Shown here in pieces: positions 23,701 to 36,600 of a DNA stretch of 64,000 bases. The notes beneath the pieces are model-generated. The model had not been told where the DNA came from, ran no database searches, and saw nothing but the letters and a program-made list of their open reading frames with translations. The DNA is from Macrostomum lignano (lineage: Eukaryota): contig NIVC01001322.1 of NCBI GenBank assembly GCA_002269645.1, positions 148,598 through 212,597 of the forward strand, read 5' to 3'. The position numbers were made by a program, and so were the translations under genes. Position 1 is the stretch's first letter. Each line of letters starts with the position of its first letter.

Positions 23701-25071
23701 GATAAAACTTATCAGCGAGTTAAAGAAAGATTTTGGAGAGTAGGATTAGCTACAGCAGTCGAAAAATACGTCGCCAAGTGCAAATCTTGTTTAGAAAGTA
23801 AATCAAGAAAGCGATGCAAGGCACCAGTGCAGAATTTTCCTATTGTCGAGCCATTCTCACGCCTTCACATTGATTTGATAGGTCCGATCAGTCAGACTAG
23901 CAAATCTGGTAACAAATATGTCTTGTCAGTTATTGACAGCACTAGCAAATTTCCGTTTGCGTTTGCAATTAAAAATCAGAAGGCTAAGACAGTAATCAAA
24001 ATTCTGCAGGAGCGAGTTTTCGCCGACTTTGGAATACCTCAGTGGATTCACACGGATCAGGGAACACAATTTACAGGGAGAGCATTTAGGAAATTTCTAG
24101 ACCTCTATGGGATTAGGCACGCTAGGACAACAAGCTATCATCCACAAAGCAATGGGCTAGTAGAGAATTTAAACAAACAAATTAAGTCAATTCTTACCTG
24201 TTTGCTCGAGAAAGAACATGCGAACTGGGATGTTCTATTGCCCGGTTGTATAACTGCATTGCGCACCAGCACGCATACAGCCACAGGTTTCAGCCCGCAT
24301 TATCTTGTGTTTGGAAGAGAGGCCCGGATGCCGAGTGACAATGTGTTCCAGCAGCCAAAGGCGTTCGCCGATCTGCCTGCTTATGTTCAAGAGCACTTGA
24401 CTCACCTGCAAGAGGGGCAAGAACTCGCCAAACAGCGGCTCAAATTAATACAACGTAATCGTGAGCAGCACTATTCTAACAAACCTAAACAACCAGACTT
24501 ACCTATAGGGAGCTTAGTTTTCATTAACAACCCAGTCATCACACAGACAGAAGCCAACAAGTTCCACAGGAAGAGAAGAGCAGTTTACGAGGTCATAGAA
24601 CAGTTATCAGAAGTAGTTTACAGGATTAGATTATTAAACAAAAGTACTAAGGCTAGAAAAGAGGAATTAGTCATGCATAGGGATAATTTACTACCCGTAC
24701 CAACAGCCGATTACGTTAGTGAGGAAGAAAAGCCAGAAAGCAGTTGTGCCAGGCGACCGAAACTTCGAGAAAATGTACCGCTTAATCCGATGTACGAAGC
24801 AGCCGACAGTGAGAGTGAACATGAAGATGAAGTGCAGTTTGTGCCAGTGCAAATTCAAAATAATGTTCCAGTGCCAGTGCAGGTTATGCCAGTGCAGGAT
24901 ATACCAGTGCAAGATATGCCAGTACAAAATAACGAACAGCCAGTAGTCGAAAATAGACCAGTTAGAAATAGACGGGAGCCGAGTAGATTAGCGATAGACC
25001 CAGGCCAGAAGAGCTACGTACAGAGAGTAAAGGAGTTGTTTAACCCCTATCTACTCTTCCAGCTCGAATAG
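20741..25071 (+). CDS. pol: Gypsy Pol: aspartic protease, RT, RNase H, integrase (one-base frame break near 21312-21315)
   Basis: LLDTGS protease; RT YLDDV; RNase H DTDAS...ELLAI...TDH; integrase HH-CC zinc finger, LHIDLIGP, IHTDQG, VENLNK. Adding one A to the A4 run joins ORF 20741-21346 to ORF 21388-25071 (VAEKETVPANSS). Confidence 0.95.
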
Positions 25072-25075
25072 CATT

Positions 25076-25905
25076 ATGGCTGATGCCCCGGAGCGCATTT
25101 ATCCTATTTAAAAAAAATTTATTCCGGAAAAAGGAGACATGATTCAGACGAAAATGAACCCCCGAGAGTGCGCGCAGTAAGGGTGATAGAAACGGCTGAC
25201 GAGCCCGAGAAACCCCATCCACGGGAAGAACCGATTACGAAGGAAGAAGAAGGCGAAGGTAGATTAATAATAGATCTGGGAGGCGCAGATCTGGAAGCCG
25301 AGACAAGGAAGCAGGAAGAAGAGAGAAGAGAAGAGCACGATGAGTTTTTACGAATGTTGCTAGATGTTAGCCTGCCCGATATTGAAGAGGCCTTGAGCCC
25401 TGCCAATGAGGCACCAGTGGCAGAGGAACCACCAAGCAATGATGTCCAAGAGCATAAGCCGGCTCCGGTGGCGGATGAGCCTCCCTTGGATGTCGCCGGA
25501 CTATTTCGAGACGACGCACCACCGCCCAGCAACCAAGACGCAGCGAACGAACCTTCCGGCGCCAGTCCAAGAAAGTTCCGGAAGTGCACAAAGGCCCTGA
25601 AAAGGTGGTTGCTGCAGACCGGCAACACGGGCCGGTACGATCCGACAGTGCCAGCGGCCTGCACACGATTTCTCGCTAAGGCTACGGCGGCGCAGCGCAT
25701 CCAGAGCTTAGAGGTGGCCTGCACCTATGCGTTGCAGCATGCAGAGGAACGGGCGAAAGGACCAATATCACCGTACCAGGTGAGTGAACATCTACGCGAC
25801 CTGGCAGAATTATTTGACCCGGAAGGCAAGAAAACGCCAGCAACCGGCCTGCTTTACCAGTGTGCGCAGAGGGCGCCAACCTGCCGACCCCTAGGGAATC
25901 TTTGA
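25076..25905 (+). CDS. Gypsy ORF3, non-env protein of unknown function (about 276 aa if one T is restored at 25107-25109)
   Basis: ATG 4 nt after the pol stop; reading frame open 25084-25905. Acidic/Pro-rich N-terminal half and a helical, Cys-containing C-terminal region. No signal peptide or TM segment. Confidence 0.65.
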
Positions 25906-26480
25906 GTTGAAAATTTAATAACCCAGGGATTAACGCTTCCATTGCTGCTATTTTTTTTTTTTGTTATTATTACACAACCACACAGCTTTAACTTTTCTTT
26001 TCTATGTTGTCTGCATTTTACACAGTGCCATAGTGCCATTTTTTTTTCTTTTTCTCAAATTATTGCACCGCTTCTTGGCCTTATATATATCTTTACATAT
26101 CGATAATATTCAGGAAGGAAACCTATATGGTCATTGCCTATTTCATGAATCCCATTATACTCAATGCTCACATAATATTGCTCAACTAATATTGTATGGC
26201 TTAATTATTGTCGTTTAATTTTCCTTAATCATGTACTCGTACTGTTTATTACCTTTGCTGATAGTATGCTATTATTACTACCTATACCGTATATTACTAA
26301 TTAATCATACTATGTTCCATACTATGCTATGCTACCATTACTCAGTTATTATTATTGCTTAATCATGCTCATTATATTGCTTATATTTAGTCCATGCATG
26401 CCACTACTAATACTGTCTGAATTACTTGAAATAAACCCGATATTAACTAAATATGCAAAGGGGTTTGCACATTTTTTTTT

Positions 26481-26493
26481 AGTGGGGGGTAAG
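26481..26493 (+). other. Polypurine tract
   Basis: AGTGGGGGGTAAG preceded by a T-run and immediately followed by the TG of the 3' LTR. Confidence 0.8.
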
Positions 26494-27362
26494 TGTAGTA
26501 GGGGGTTTAGTTCAAGCAGTTTTGCTAAGGGCGTTTGCCAAGGTTTCCGATTCGTCGAGATAATTATTTTAGTTTTCCGAAATCGAGAATAAGCAGTTTT
26601 GCTTTTACGCTACTGTTAGTAGTTCACCCTCGGGAAATATCTGAAGTTGTGGGAATTCGAGTATTAGCGGGTTCCTCTATTAGTAAAAGGCTGTTTTTCC
26701 TCGGGAAAAGCATCCGTTCGGGACAATCAGTCAAGGATCCGTTCAGGACCGTCCATCAGGACAATATTTCAGAGACTAAGTCTCAAAGCACAAACTCAAA
26801 ATATAAGGGAGTCTCCCCTTGTATAAAGATAGAAATACTAAAAAAATTCTAAAACAGAAATTAAGGGTAAGTTAGGGTAAAATAGGGAGGCTAAGAAGGA
26901 GTCTACCACTTAGTCAAAACGGAGTCTACCGAAGAATAGGAATAAATTAGGTAACATAGGGAAAGACTAAGGGAGTCTACCATTAGTCTAACTAAGAATC
27001 GGAGTCTACCGAATTGTTAACATAGGGATTAATTGTATACCTTCTTTTGCATATTTGGTTTAATAATATTTCTTTTGTTTGTTTGATCTAAATAATCTTA
27101 TATGAAATTGACTCTTGTCTCACTTATTTTAATTTAACATTAATTATAAGGGGCATTAGTCTGGTGGCAGCGACCTACCAAATAAAAGTACGTAATAGCA
27201 GATTAGTAGAGCAAAGTAAACCTAAGATCGTAACAACTATTCATCCAATTTAAGGTAGCTAGGAAATCTTCTAGCTTAATCTAAGCCCGGAGTCTCTCGA
27301 GCTTAGATTAATCAAATTAAAAATAAACCAGTAGCCTAAACCGCAGGTACCACGCTTGTCCA
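26494..27362 (+). repeat. 3' LTR (869 bp)
   Basis: Direct repeat of 18375-19244. Confidence 0.96.
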
Positions 27363-27649
27363 AAATCGATTTCTCAGAAAGATTTATTAAAACCGAACTG
27401 ATTTCTGAGAAATTAAAAAATCCGAAAACAATTCGTTCAGAACTGGCCAGTCTACTTTCATATAATTAACCCCACAGAGCGGTAAATAAATAAAAAACTG
27501 ACGCGACCATTTCACAAGTCTGTCGCAAAACTAAAGCTTTTCGCGTCGCCAAAAAATCGGTGCAAAAGAACGCGAAATAGTTGCGGTACAATTTGTTGAA
27601 CTTCAAGACGCGAGATAGGAGTGTGGAAGAACAATTAGCTGCAGGATTG

Positions 27650-30600
27650 TCACCGATTTGAGAAGCGCTGACAGTTGCCAGAGCATCCTGTTGTCGGGTG
27701 CAGACTGAACTCATCTAATAGAGCTAGGCAACGACAAACCGGACAGTCAGATGACAATCGATCCGAGCTGAGCTGACGCAACTGACGGGCAGAATTAGGC
27801 GATGATGACAGCAGAGAGCTTCGTCTGACCCGACGATTAGAGAAAGTCGTCGTTGTTGCCGTTGAATTGTCGTCGTCAGTGTCGCTGCAACTGCAGCTGC
27901 TGCTGCTGCTGTTTGACGTAGTAGAATCATCAACGGGAGCTGACACCGCGTGCCACACTGCGTGGCTGTATGGCCGTCGGGTGCAGACTCGATCGGACAG
28001 ACTCGACAAGCTTATGTCATTCAGTCGGGCATTAGCATTGCTGCTCTCCGTCACAAGAAGGGGCTTAGATTCCAGCTCGAAGCAGCGCTCGCTGCTGTCC
28101 GAGTGTGTCTCCTCGTCCGTGAGCAGAACTCGTTCAGCGATGCCAAATTGCGCCCTGTGACGCTGCGCCAGCGGCGATCCCGGCCTGAAGTCCTGCGGTT
28201 GGTGCAAGCTCGGCTGGAGTTGGACGTGCTGGCGAAGCGGTGGGATACGGCTGACACCTTCCGTAGGTACGGGCCGTTCCTTGCTAAGCGTTGTAGCGTC
28301 CTCTGTGGTGCTTTTAGCCCACCTGTGTTTTTGAGTAAATTTGTTATCGAGGCTGCTACTGTACTGATATCAAAGCTACGAGTACTACTGTACTGATACC
28401 AAAGCTAATACTGTACTGATACCAAAGCTACTACTGTACTGATATCAAAGCTACTACTGTACTGATACCAAAGCTACTACTGTATTGATACTGAGGCTAC
28501 TTCTGTACTGATATCGAGGCTACTACTGTACTGATATCGAGGCTACTGCTGTACTGATATCGAGGCTACTACTGTACTGATATCGAGGCTACTACTGTAC
28601 TGATACCAAGGCTACTTCTGTACTGATACCGAGGCTACTACTGTACTGATACCGAGGCTACTACTGTACTGATACCGAGGCTACTTCTGTACTGATTCCG
28701 AGGCTACTACTGTACTGATATCAAAGCTACTACTGTACTGATACCAAAGCTACTACTGTATTGATACTGAGGCTACTTCTGTACTGATATCGAGGCTACT
28801 ACTGTACTGATATCGAGGCTACTGCTGTACTGATATCGAGGCTACTACTGTACTGATATCGAGGCTACTACTGTACTGATATCAAAGCTACTACTGTACT
28901 GATATCGAGGCTGCTACTGTACTGATACCGAGGCTACTACTGTACTGATACCGAGGCTACTACTGTACTGATATCAAAGCTACGAGTACTACTGTACTGA
29001 TACCAAAGCTAATACTGTACTGATACCAAAGCTACTACTGTACTGATATCAAAGCTACTACTGTACTGATACCAAAGCTACTACTGTATTGATACTGAGG
29101 CTACTTCTGTACTGATATCGAGGCTACTACTGTACTGATATCGAGGCTACTGCTGTACTGATATCGAGGCTACTACTGTACTGATATCGAGGCTACTACT
29201 GTACTGATACCAAGGCTACTTCTGTACTGATACCGAGGCTACTACTGTACTGATACCGAGGCTACTACTGTACTGATACCGAGGCTACTTCTGTACTGAT
29301 TCCGAGGCTACTACTGTACTGATATCAAAGCTACTACTGTACTGATACCAAAGCTACTACTGTATTGATACTGAGGCTACTTCTGTACTGATATCGAGGC
29401 TACTACTGTACTGATATCGAGGCTACTGCTGTACTGATATCGAGGCTACTACTGTACTGATATCGAGGCTACTACTGTACTGATATCAAAGCTACTACTG
29501 TACTGATATCGAGGCTGCTACTGTACTGATACCGAGGCTACTACTGTACTGATACCGAGGCTACTTCTGTACTGATTCCGAGGCTACTACTGTACTGATA
29601 TCAAAGCTACTACTGTACTGATATCAAGGCTACTGCTGTACTGATACCGAGGCTACTGCTGTACTGATATCAAGTCTACTACGAGACTTACCTGTCAGGA
29701 TTCACCAGCCTATGCTGCTCCGCAATATCGCTGCCGCCGCTACTGAAGGGACCAGGAGTGCTACTTGTTCGACGAGATCGACTAGACGCATCGCTAACGA
29801 TATGCAACACTGGACGACTGCTCGAAGGTGGAGCAGTGCTCAGCGGCGATTGATCCCGATAGAGTTCGCTTGGTTTCTTTTTATCACTTTCGCCAGTGTA
29901 ACTCTGTCCAAGTCGAGCCTCTGGCGACTGATCTACCGATGTTGTCGGCATTGATAGACCAACTGGAGTGCGACTGTTGACTGGCGGTTGCTGCGGTTTG
30001 ATTCCATCGGGACCCCGCGATGGTATCGTCGTGCTGTCGAACTCTGAAGCGTACCCAGTTCGGTTGTCACTGGCTGATAGTGGAGTGGTAGTTTCTAGTT
30101 CAGTGCGTAGCGGTTGGCCAGTCCCGGAGTCTGGATTATATGGATCGGCTCTGGTATTGATGAGCCTTTTTTCTGGGTCTTGTTGAAGCCCAGCTCGACT
30201 ATCAGTGCTCGGCGATAATCCCGTACTGCTAGCAGGCTGAAACCGAGTCGCACTTTCTGTGCCTATTAAAGCTCCAGTCTTTGTGTCACTACCGAACGGC
30301 TTTGTTGTCGATTGGGGCGACATTGAATCCTCATCTTTTATTGGGCTATTGAATTTGACTTCCGGAGCTGTTCTCAAAATAGGTTGATTTTGACCCAACC
30401 CATTCTTGCTGTCGGTGCTTGGAGAAAACGCAGTGCTGCCACCAGTCCTGCTGTCTACTTGTATTGGCAGATCAGTCCTGTTGTCCACTGCTGCTGGAAG
30501 ACCAGTCCTGCTGTCCACTGCTGCTGGAAGATCAGTCCTGTTGTCCACTGCTGCTGGAAGACCAGTCCTGCTGTCCACTGCTGCTGGAAGACCAGTCCTG

Positions 30601-33600
30601 TTGTCCACTGCTGCTGGAAGACCAGTCCCGTTGTCTACTGCTGCTGGAAGACCAGTCCTGTTGTCAACTGCTGCTGGAAGACCAGTCCTGCTGTCCACTG
30701 CTGCTGGAAGATCAGTCCTGCCGTCCACACCAGTCGGTTGACCAGTCCTGCCGTCCACACCAGTCGGTTGACCAGTCCTGCTATCTACACCTGATGGTTG
30801 ACCAGTCCTGCTATCTACACCTGATGGTTGACCAGTCCTGCCGTCCACACCAAATGGTTGACCAGTCCTGCCGTCCACACCAGTTGGTTGACCAGTCCTG
30901 CTATCCACATCAGATGGTTGAACAGTCCTGCCGTCCACACTAGTCGGTTGACCAGTCCTGCCGTCCACACCAGTCGGTTGACCAGTCCTGCCGTCCACAC
31001 CAGTCGGTTGACCAGTCCTGCCGTCCACACCAGTCGGTTGACCAGTCCTGCCGTCCACACCAAATGGTTGACCAGTCCTGCCGTCCACACCAAATGGTTG
31101 ACCAGTCCTGCCGTCCACACCAGTTGGTTGACCAGTCCTGCTATCCACATCAGATGGTTGAACAGTCCTGCCGTCCACACTAGTCGGTTGACCAGTCCTG
31201 CCGTCCACACCAGTCGGTTGACCAGTCCTGCCGTCCACACCAGTCGGTTGACCAGTCCTGCCGTCCACACCAGTCGGTTGACCAGTCCTGCCGTCCACAC
31301 CAAATGGTTGACCAGTCCTGCCGTCCACACCAAATGGTTGACCAGTCCTGCCGTCCACACCAGTTGGTTGACCAGTCCTGCTATCCACATCAGATGGTTG
31401 ACAAGTCCTGCCGTCCACACCAGTCGGTTGACCAGTCCTGCCGTCCACACCAGTCGGTTGACCAGTCCTGCCGTCCACACCAGTCGGTTGACCAGTCCTG
31501 CCGTCCACACCAAATGGTTGACCAGTCCTGCCGTCCACACCAAATGGTTGACCAGTCCTGCCGTCCACACCAGTTGGTTGACCAGTCCTGCTATCCACAT
31601 CAGATGGTTGACCAGTCCTGCCGTCCACACTAAATGGTTGACCAGTCCTGCCGTCCACACCAGTTGGTTGACCAGTCCTGCTATACACACCAGTTGGTTG
31701 ACCAGTCCTGCTATCCACATCAGATGGTTGACCAGTCCTGCTATCCACATCTGATGGTTGACCAGTCCTGCTATCCACACCAGATGGTTGACCAGTCCTG
31801 CCGTCCACACCAGCTGGTTGACCAGTCCTGCTATCCTCACCAGATGGTTGGCCAGTCCTGCCATCCATCGCTGTCGGGATACCAGGCTTACTGTCCACAG
31901 CTGATGCTTGATCAGTCCTGCTGTCCACTTGTGTTGGAAGACCAGTTCTGTCATCTACTAATGTCGGGAGATCCGTCTTGCTTTCCCCATCAGATTGGAG
32001 ACCAGCCCTGTGGTCTGCTGTTGGAAGACCAGCTCTGCGGTTCTCTGTTGGGAGACCAGTCTTACTGTCCAAAACCGATGTTAGACTAGTTCTTCCGTCC
32101 GCACCAGTAGGTGGATCAGTTCCGTGCGAGCCAGTGTGTTCATTTGCTTCCGAAAAAAAACTGTTTGGCGTTTCTATTCCCGCTGTTTGGTTAGTCCTTA
32201 CAGATTGAACAGGCATGCCTTCACTGCTTGTCTGACCTCCTGTTTTAACTCCAGTGCTTGTTGGAACTGGAGTTTTATATTCACTGCTCTGCAAAACCTC
32301 AGTTCTGCTGTCACTGTTTGTGGGAAATATCGTTCGACTGTCGCTGCTCACAAGCTGCTCACCAAGCTGCTCGTCGCGGCTCTCGGTTGCAGACGAATCA
32401 ATTGTTGCCGTGCTGCGTTGCAGTGCATCTTTGCTGTCACTTTCTGCATTAGTTTCTGCTTTCTGATCTTCTGGTCGAGCTAGTGAGACACCTTTAGCTG
32501 GAACGACACCTGAGTCTGTACCACCTGCTCTGTGCGAGTATCCCTCCATAGCCGGCGCTTGAACTTCAGCAGCGGATGGTGTTCCCCACCTACTGTCACT
32601 CACTGCCTTGGTTTCAAATTGGTCTTTTGAAACCATTCCCGGTGTGCTTAGTCTTTCTTCACTGATCGAAGATAAACCTTTTTGCTGCGGCTCAGATTCT
32701 GAACGAACGATACCATGCTTGTCGGGCTGAGAAGTGTCATCTGATGGTAAACTCTTTTCTGCCAGTTGGTTAGTGAACTTGTCAGGCTGGTTGTCTGTCT
32801 CAGAATAGACGGGTTTGTCCACCTGGTCTATATTATCAGCAGGTTGGTATCCAGTGTGACTGTCTTGCTTCAGCTGTTTAGACTGATAGTCGGGATTTTC
32901 ATCTAAGGAAGTCTGAAAAGCTTCTTGTTGCCCAGGCTCGTTCCCGTATGTCGCCTGGGCAGGCGCGTATTCAGAGCTGCTGGCGGGAAAATTACCAGGT
33001 CCACTTTCAATTTTTTGTAGTTGAGGCTGATATTTTGTTCCATCATCGAGCATGCTTGTGGCAGGTTGACTTTCGGGTCCACTGTCAGATAGCTGCTGGT
33101 CAGGCTGGAATTCTTGACTTCTGTCAGTGATTGATGCAGCGTGTTCATGGTGCGGGGCTTTTTCCTCAGATGCTGCAGCTGGCTGGTATTCAGTTCTACC
33201 GTCAGGAGATGTTATGGAAATTTGTGGGAGTTTTCCCTCAGTTTCTGCCAGCTTTCGGTATCCAGGTCTCTCGTCGAGAGCAGTTGCGGAAGGTGCCTCT
33301 TTAAAATCTGTCGCTGAAGGTTGGTAAAAAGGTCTTCCATCAGGTGTTGTAGCATCCGGCTGGTTTGCAGATTTACCGTCGGGTGGTATCGTATGATTGT
33401 ATTCAGGTCTTCCGTCCGGTGTTGCTTCAGGCTGTAATTCGAGTCTAGTTTCAGGAGTTTCAGCCATAGGCTGATATCCAAGTCCACTTTGAGATGGTGC
33501 AGAAGGTTGGGTTTCAAGTTTACTATCAGAAGATTGGTATCCTGGTCTCTCATCGGGTATGATTGCAGGTCGGTGCACTCCGGATTCAGACTGGAAATCA

Positions 33601-36600
33601 GGTCTCCCTTCGGTTGTTGCATCAGGTTGATATTCAGGTCTTCCAACAGCTGTTACGTCACTTTGGTATCCAGTTCTCGGCTGGAATCGTTCAATTTCAT
33701 CGACTGCTGCTGCACCAAAATTGTCTGCAGGCTTTACAGCAGATGCTTCACCCAATTTGTATCTGTGGCCTTCGCCAGAGGTCGCATCCGTTTGGTATTC
33801 AAGTCTTTTATCAAATGGTATAGCAGGTTGGGATCCAGGTGTTTCATCGGGCGTTGTTGAAGGTTCTAGTTCCGTTCTTGCATCTATTTCTGTTGTTTCT
33901 TGTTGCTTTTCGGGTCTCTCGTTTGTTTCTGTAACATTTTTATATTCAGGTGCTGTTTGGTAGTCAGCTCTAGCTGGTGTAGACACTGCAGGTTGATATC
34001 CGGGAACGTTTCCAACTTTGAGTTTGGTATCGAGTTCACTGCCGCCAGTTGCCTGACCTTGAAGTTGGTAATCCTCGGTTGGCTCTATTTGTTGATAGTC
34101 CTGTCTGTTTTCCTGCGCTTGCTGAGCAGGCTGTTGGATCGATTTGTTTTTTAGGGCGTCATTTTCAGGTATATAACCTGTGGAACCATCTGCTAAGTTT
34201 TGCGGCTTTGCCGGAGTCGTTTCACTGTAGTCCTGCGACAACTGCTGCGCTGGCTGTAATCCGATCTTATTAACATTAACCGCAATTTCATGCCCATGCT
34301 CTGGTCTTGAGACCACCGAAGCAGCAATTCCGGCTGGCGTCTTTTTAAGCTCGCTAAGCGACAGCTCCGGCTTGTAAATTTTGCTGGTTCTTTTCACAAG
34401 CTGTTCGGTTTGGTATTCTCCTTTGGCTGCTGGATCATTTCCCGATCCTGCCCCTGAAACTGAGTTATCTGTCTCGTACTCCAGTTTTTCAGTCCTCGGA
34501 ACTCCTGTTCCAAGGACCGTCTTTGCTGCGTATTTTTGCGATATAGGATCACTTTCCGATGCTGGTTGGTTGCTGGGTATGGACTTTTCAGACTTCTCGT
34601 ACACATATGGCGCGCTGTCTTTGAAGAAATGACTAGGTTGGTAGCCCATATTTTGCCGATCGTACACTTGCTGGCCAGGGTGATTCTCCGGTGTAGTTTG
34701 ATCTTGAGCACCTGAACCAAGTTGGTAACTACCTGACATAGTCTTGTGCGCGTACTGAATCTGTTTGTATCCGAGTGACTTGCTATCCATTGCAGATTCG
34801 TTTGGTAATTTTCCGACTTGCGCTGTTCCTTGGCCGATATCAGTAGCTGTAGTCTCCAACTGACTGTGTGGCCTGCTTCCAAACTCAATCGTCATGGACT
34901 CTTTATTATCAAAAAGGCTATTTGGTCGACCATAGAACTGCGAAAATGAGTAACTATTTGGTCTACTACTAACGTATGGTTCCCCAGAATGGTCCAGCTC
35001 ATTCTTGTGCAAACTTTGTTGTTGTTCCTGAGCTGCCGCCCCTGCATCTGCAAGGGGGCTGCGTAGAGCTGTTTGTTCATTTTGATAGTCGGTGAAAGAT
35101 TCAGTGTGACTTCGGCGAGACACGTACTCAGACTTGTCAATAGTCAGTGTTCCGCCCTCCGACTCAAACTTCAGACTGTTGTATCTTTGATAGCTTTCCT
35201 GGCTGGTTTTGTTAAATTGAAGAGCAGCTGTAAATGCATCGTTATCTTCCCTGATAACAGGAATTGATCTGATGTCGGCTGTTGAACTGGCTTTGCCGTT
35301 TTCAAAGCATGTGCTTGAACCTTTCTCAGCAGCTTTGAAGCTTTTTTCAGCTATGCTCGAGCGCCGTTGTTCAGTTCCTGAATATCCCGGCTTCATCTGC
35401 GTTATCTTGTTAAATCCGTCCCTCTTGCCGGCAATACTTGGCCTTCTGCTGCCGTCAGATCCGATGCTTAGCTGGCTAGTACGATTACCTACGGCCCCAG
35501 GTGGATAAATTGGTCCACAGGTTTCAGATGTGACGCTGCCGCGATGCTGCTTCAACCTGTCGTCAGTGTCTGGCGATTTTTCAACAATCGCACCTGGTGG
35601 CAATAGCGGTCTTTCGCAAGTCCCAGGAGATATGCCTGTCGGAGATACTGCCGCGTCCAGCATTTGACTTCGTCTTCTTTGTTCTGCCCCCGGTGGATAG
35701 TAGATCTTTGCTGGAGTTGGGCCTGAGCCTGGCGGAATAGAGCTTTGCGGTGGTTTGCTCTCGTTGTCGACAGGTTTATCAACTACTGCACGAGAAGGAT
35801 GCGACTCGTCACCTTCAGGTGGCTGTTTTGCAAGTTTTCCCGCATCTTCGGGCACATCCTCTGTAATATTGGTTGCAGTTTCAAGCTGCTGTGTGGTTTC
35901 TTGTTTTGGAGCTGGCTGAGTATCAGTCCGTCTGAGGTGCTCTGACTCAGGGCTGGTATCTGGTTGCTGACTTCGTTGCGCACTGTCTTTATTGATCTTT
36001 TCTTGCGGAATTCCTCTATCATCTAGACCAAAATTTCCTTCTCCTGAATTTTCTGGATGTGTACTTTCTGTGCCAGTTGAAAATTTACTTGGAAGCTTGT
36101 CGAATTCATCAGCAGACACCTTCGGTTTATGATCAGTGCCTTGATTTTCAAGAGCCAACTTTTCCTCAACATCACGTTGCCTGACATCATCCGCGGCGCT
36201 GGTTTTTGATTCACCGCTCGTTTCCATCGGTTTCGCCTGCTTTGTGTCGCTTTTAGGGCTTTGTAGGTCTAAATTTTCGCCATCATTGGCTTTATCCGCA
36301 GATTCTTCAGCAGCAGCAGCCTCTGCTCGCGAGTCTGACGCTTTTGACTCTGCTACGTCATCACGTTGCGGCCGCTTGTGAAGCTGCGTCTGTCCAGCGC
36401 CTTCTAAACTGTCAACAATGGTCTCTTGCTGGCTCAACTGTTGAGACTTTCCTTGCTGCCCGTCACTGGGAGCTTCAATTCGTTGATATTCATCGCTGTC
36501 GCTGGGCAGTGCGTCTCTGGACTTAGCTTCTGTTAACTCTTGATTCTCAGTAGTCGGTCGTGACACTTCAGCAGCGGAATCTGTCGGTGGTACTGGCACA

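Larger units (their letters stand above)
18375..27362 (+). mobile_element. Full-length Ty3/Gypsy LTR retrotransposon (8,988 bp) with gag, pro-pol and an extra ORF3
   Basis: Two TG...CA LTRs, AAAT target-site duplication (18371-18374 and 27363-27366), PBS, PPT, and domain order PR-RT-RH-IN. Confidence 0.97.

Noticed and set aside
25076-25905. ORF3 as an envelope gene
   Set aside because: No signal peptide, transmembrane helix or furin/fusion-peptide pattern.
30384-32089. Plus-strand and alternative-frame ORFs over the 30-bp array
   Set aside because: Shadows of the repeat; only one minus frame continues into kilobases of unique coding sequence.
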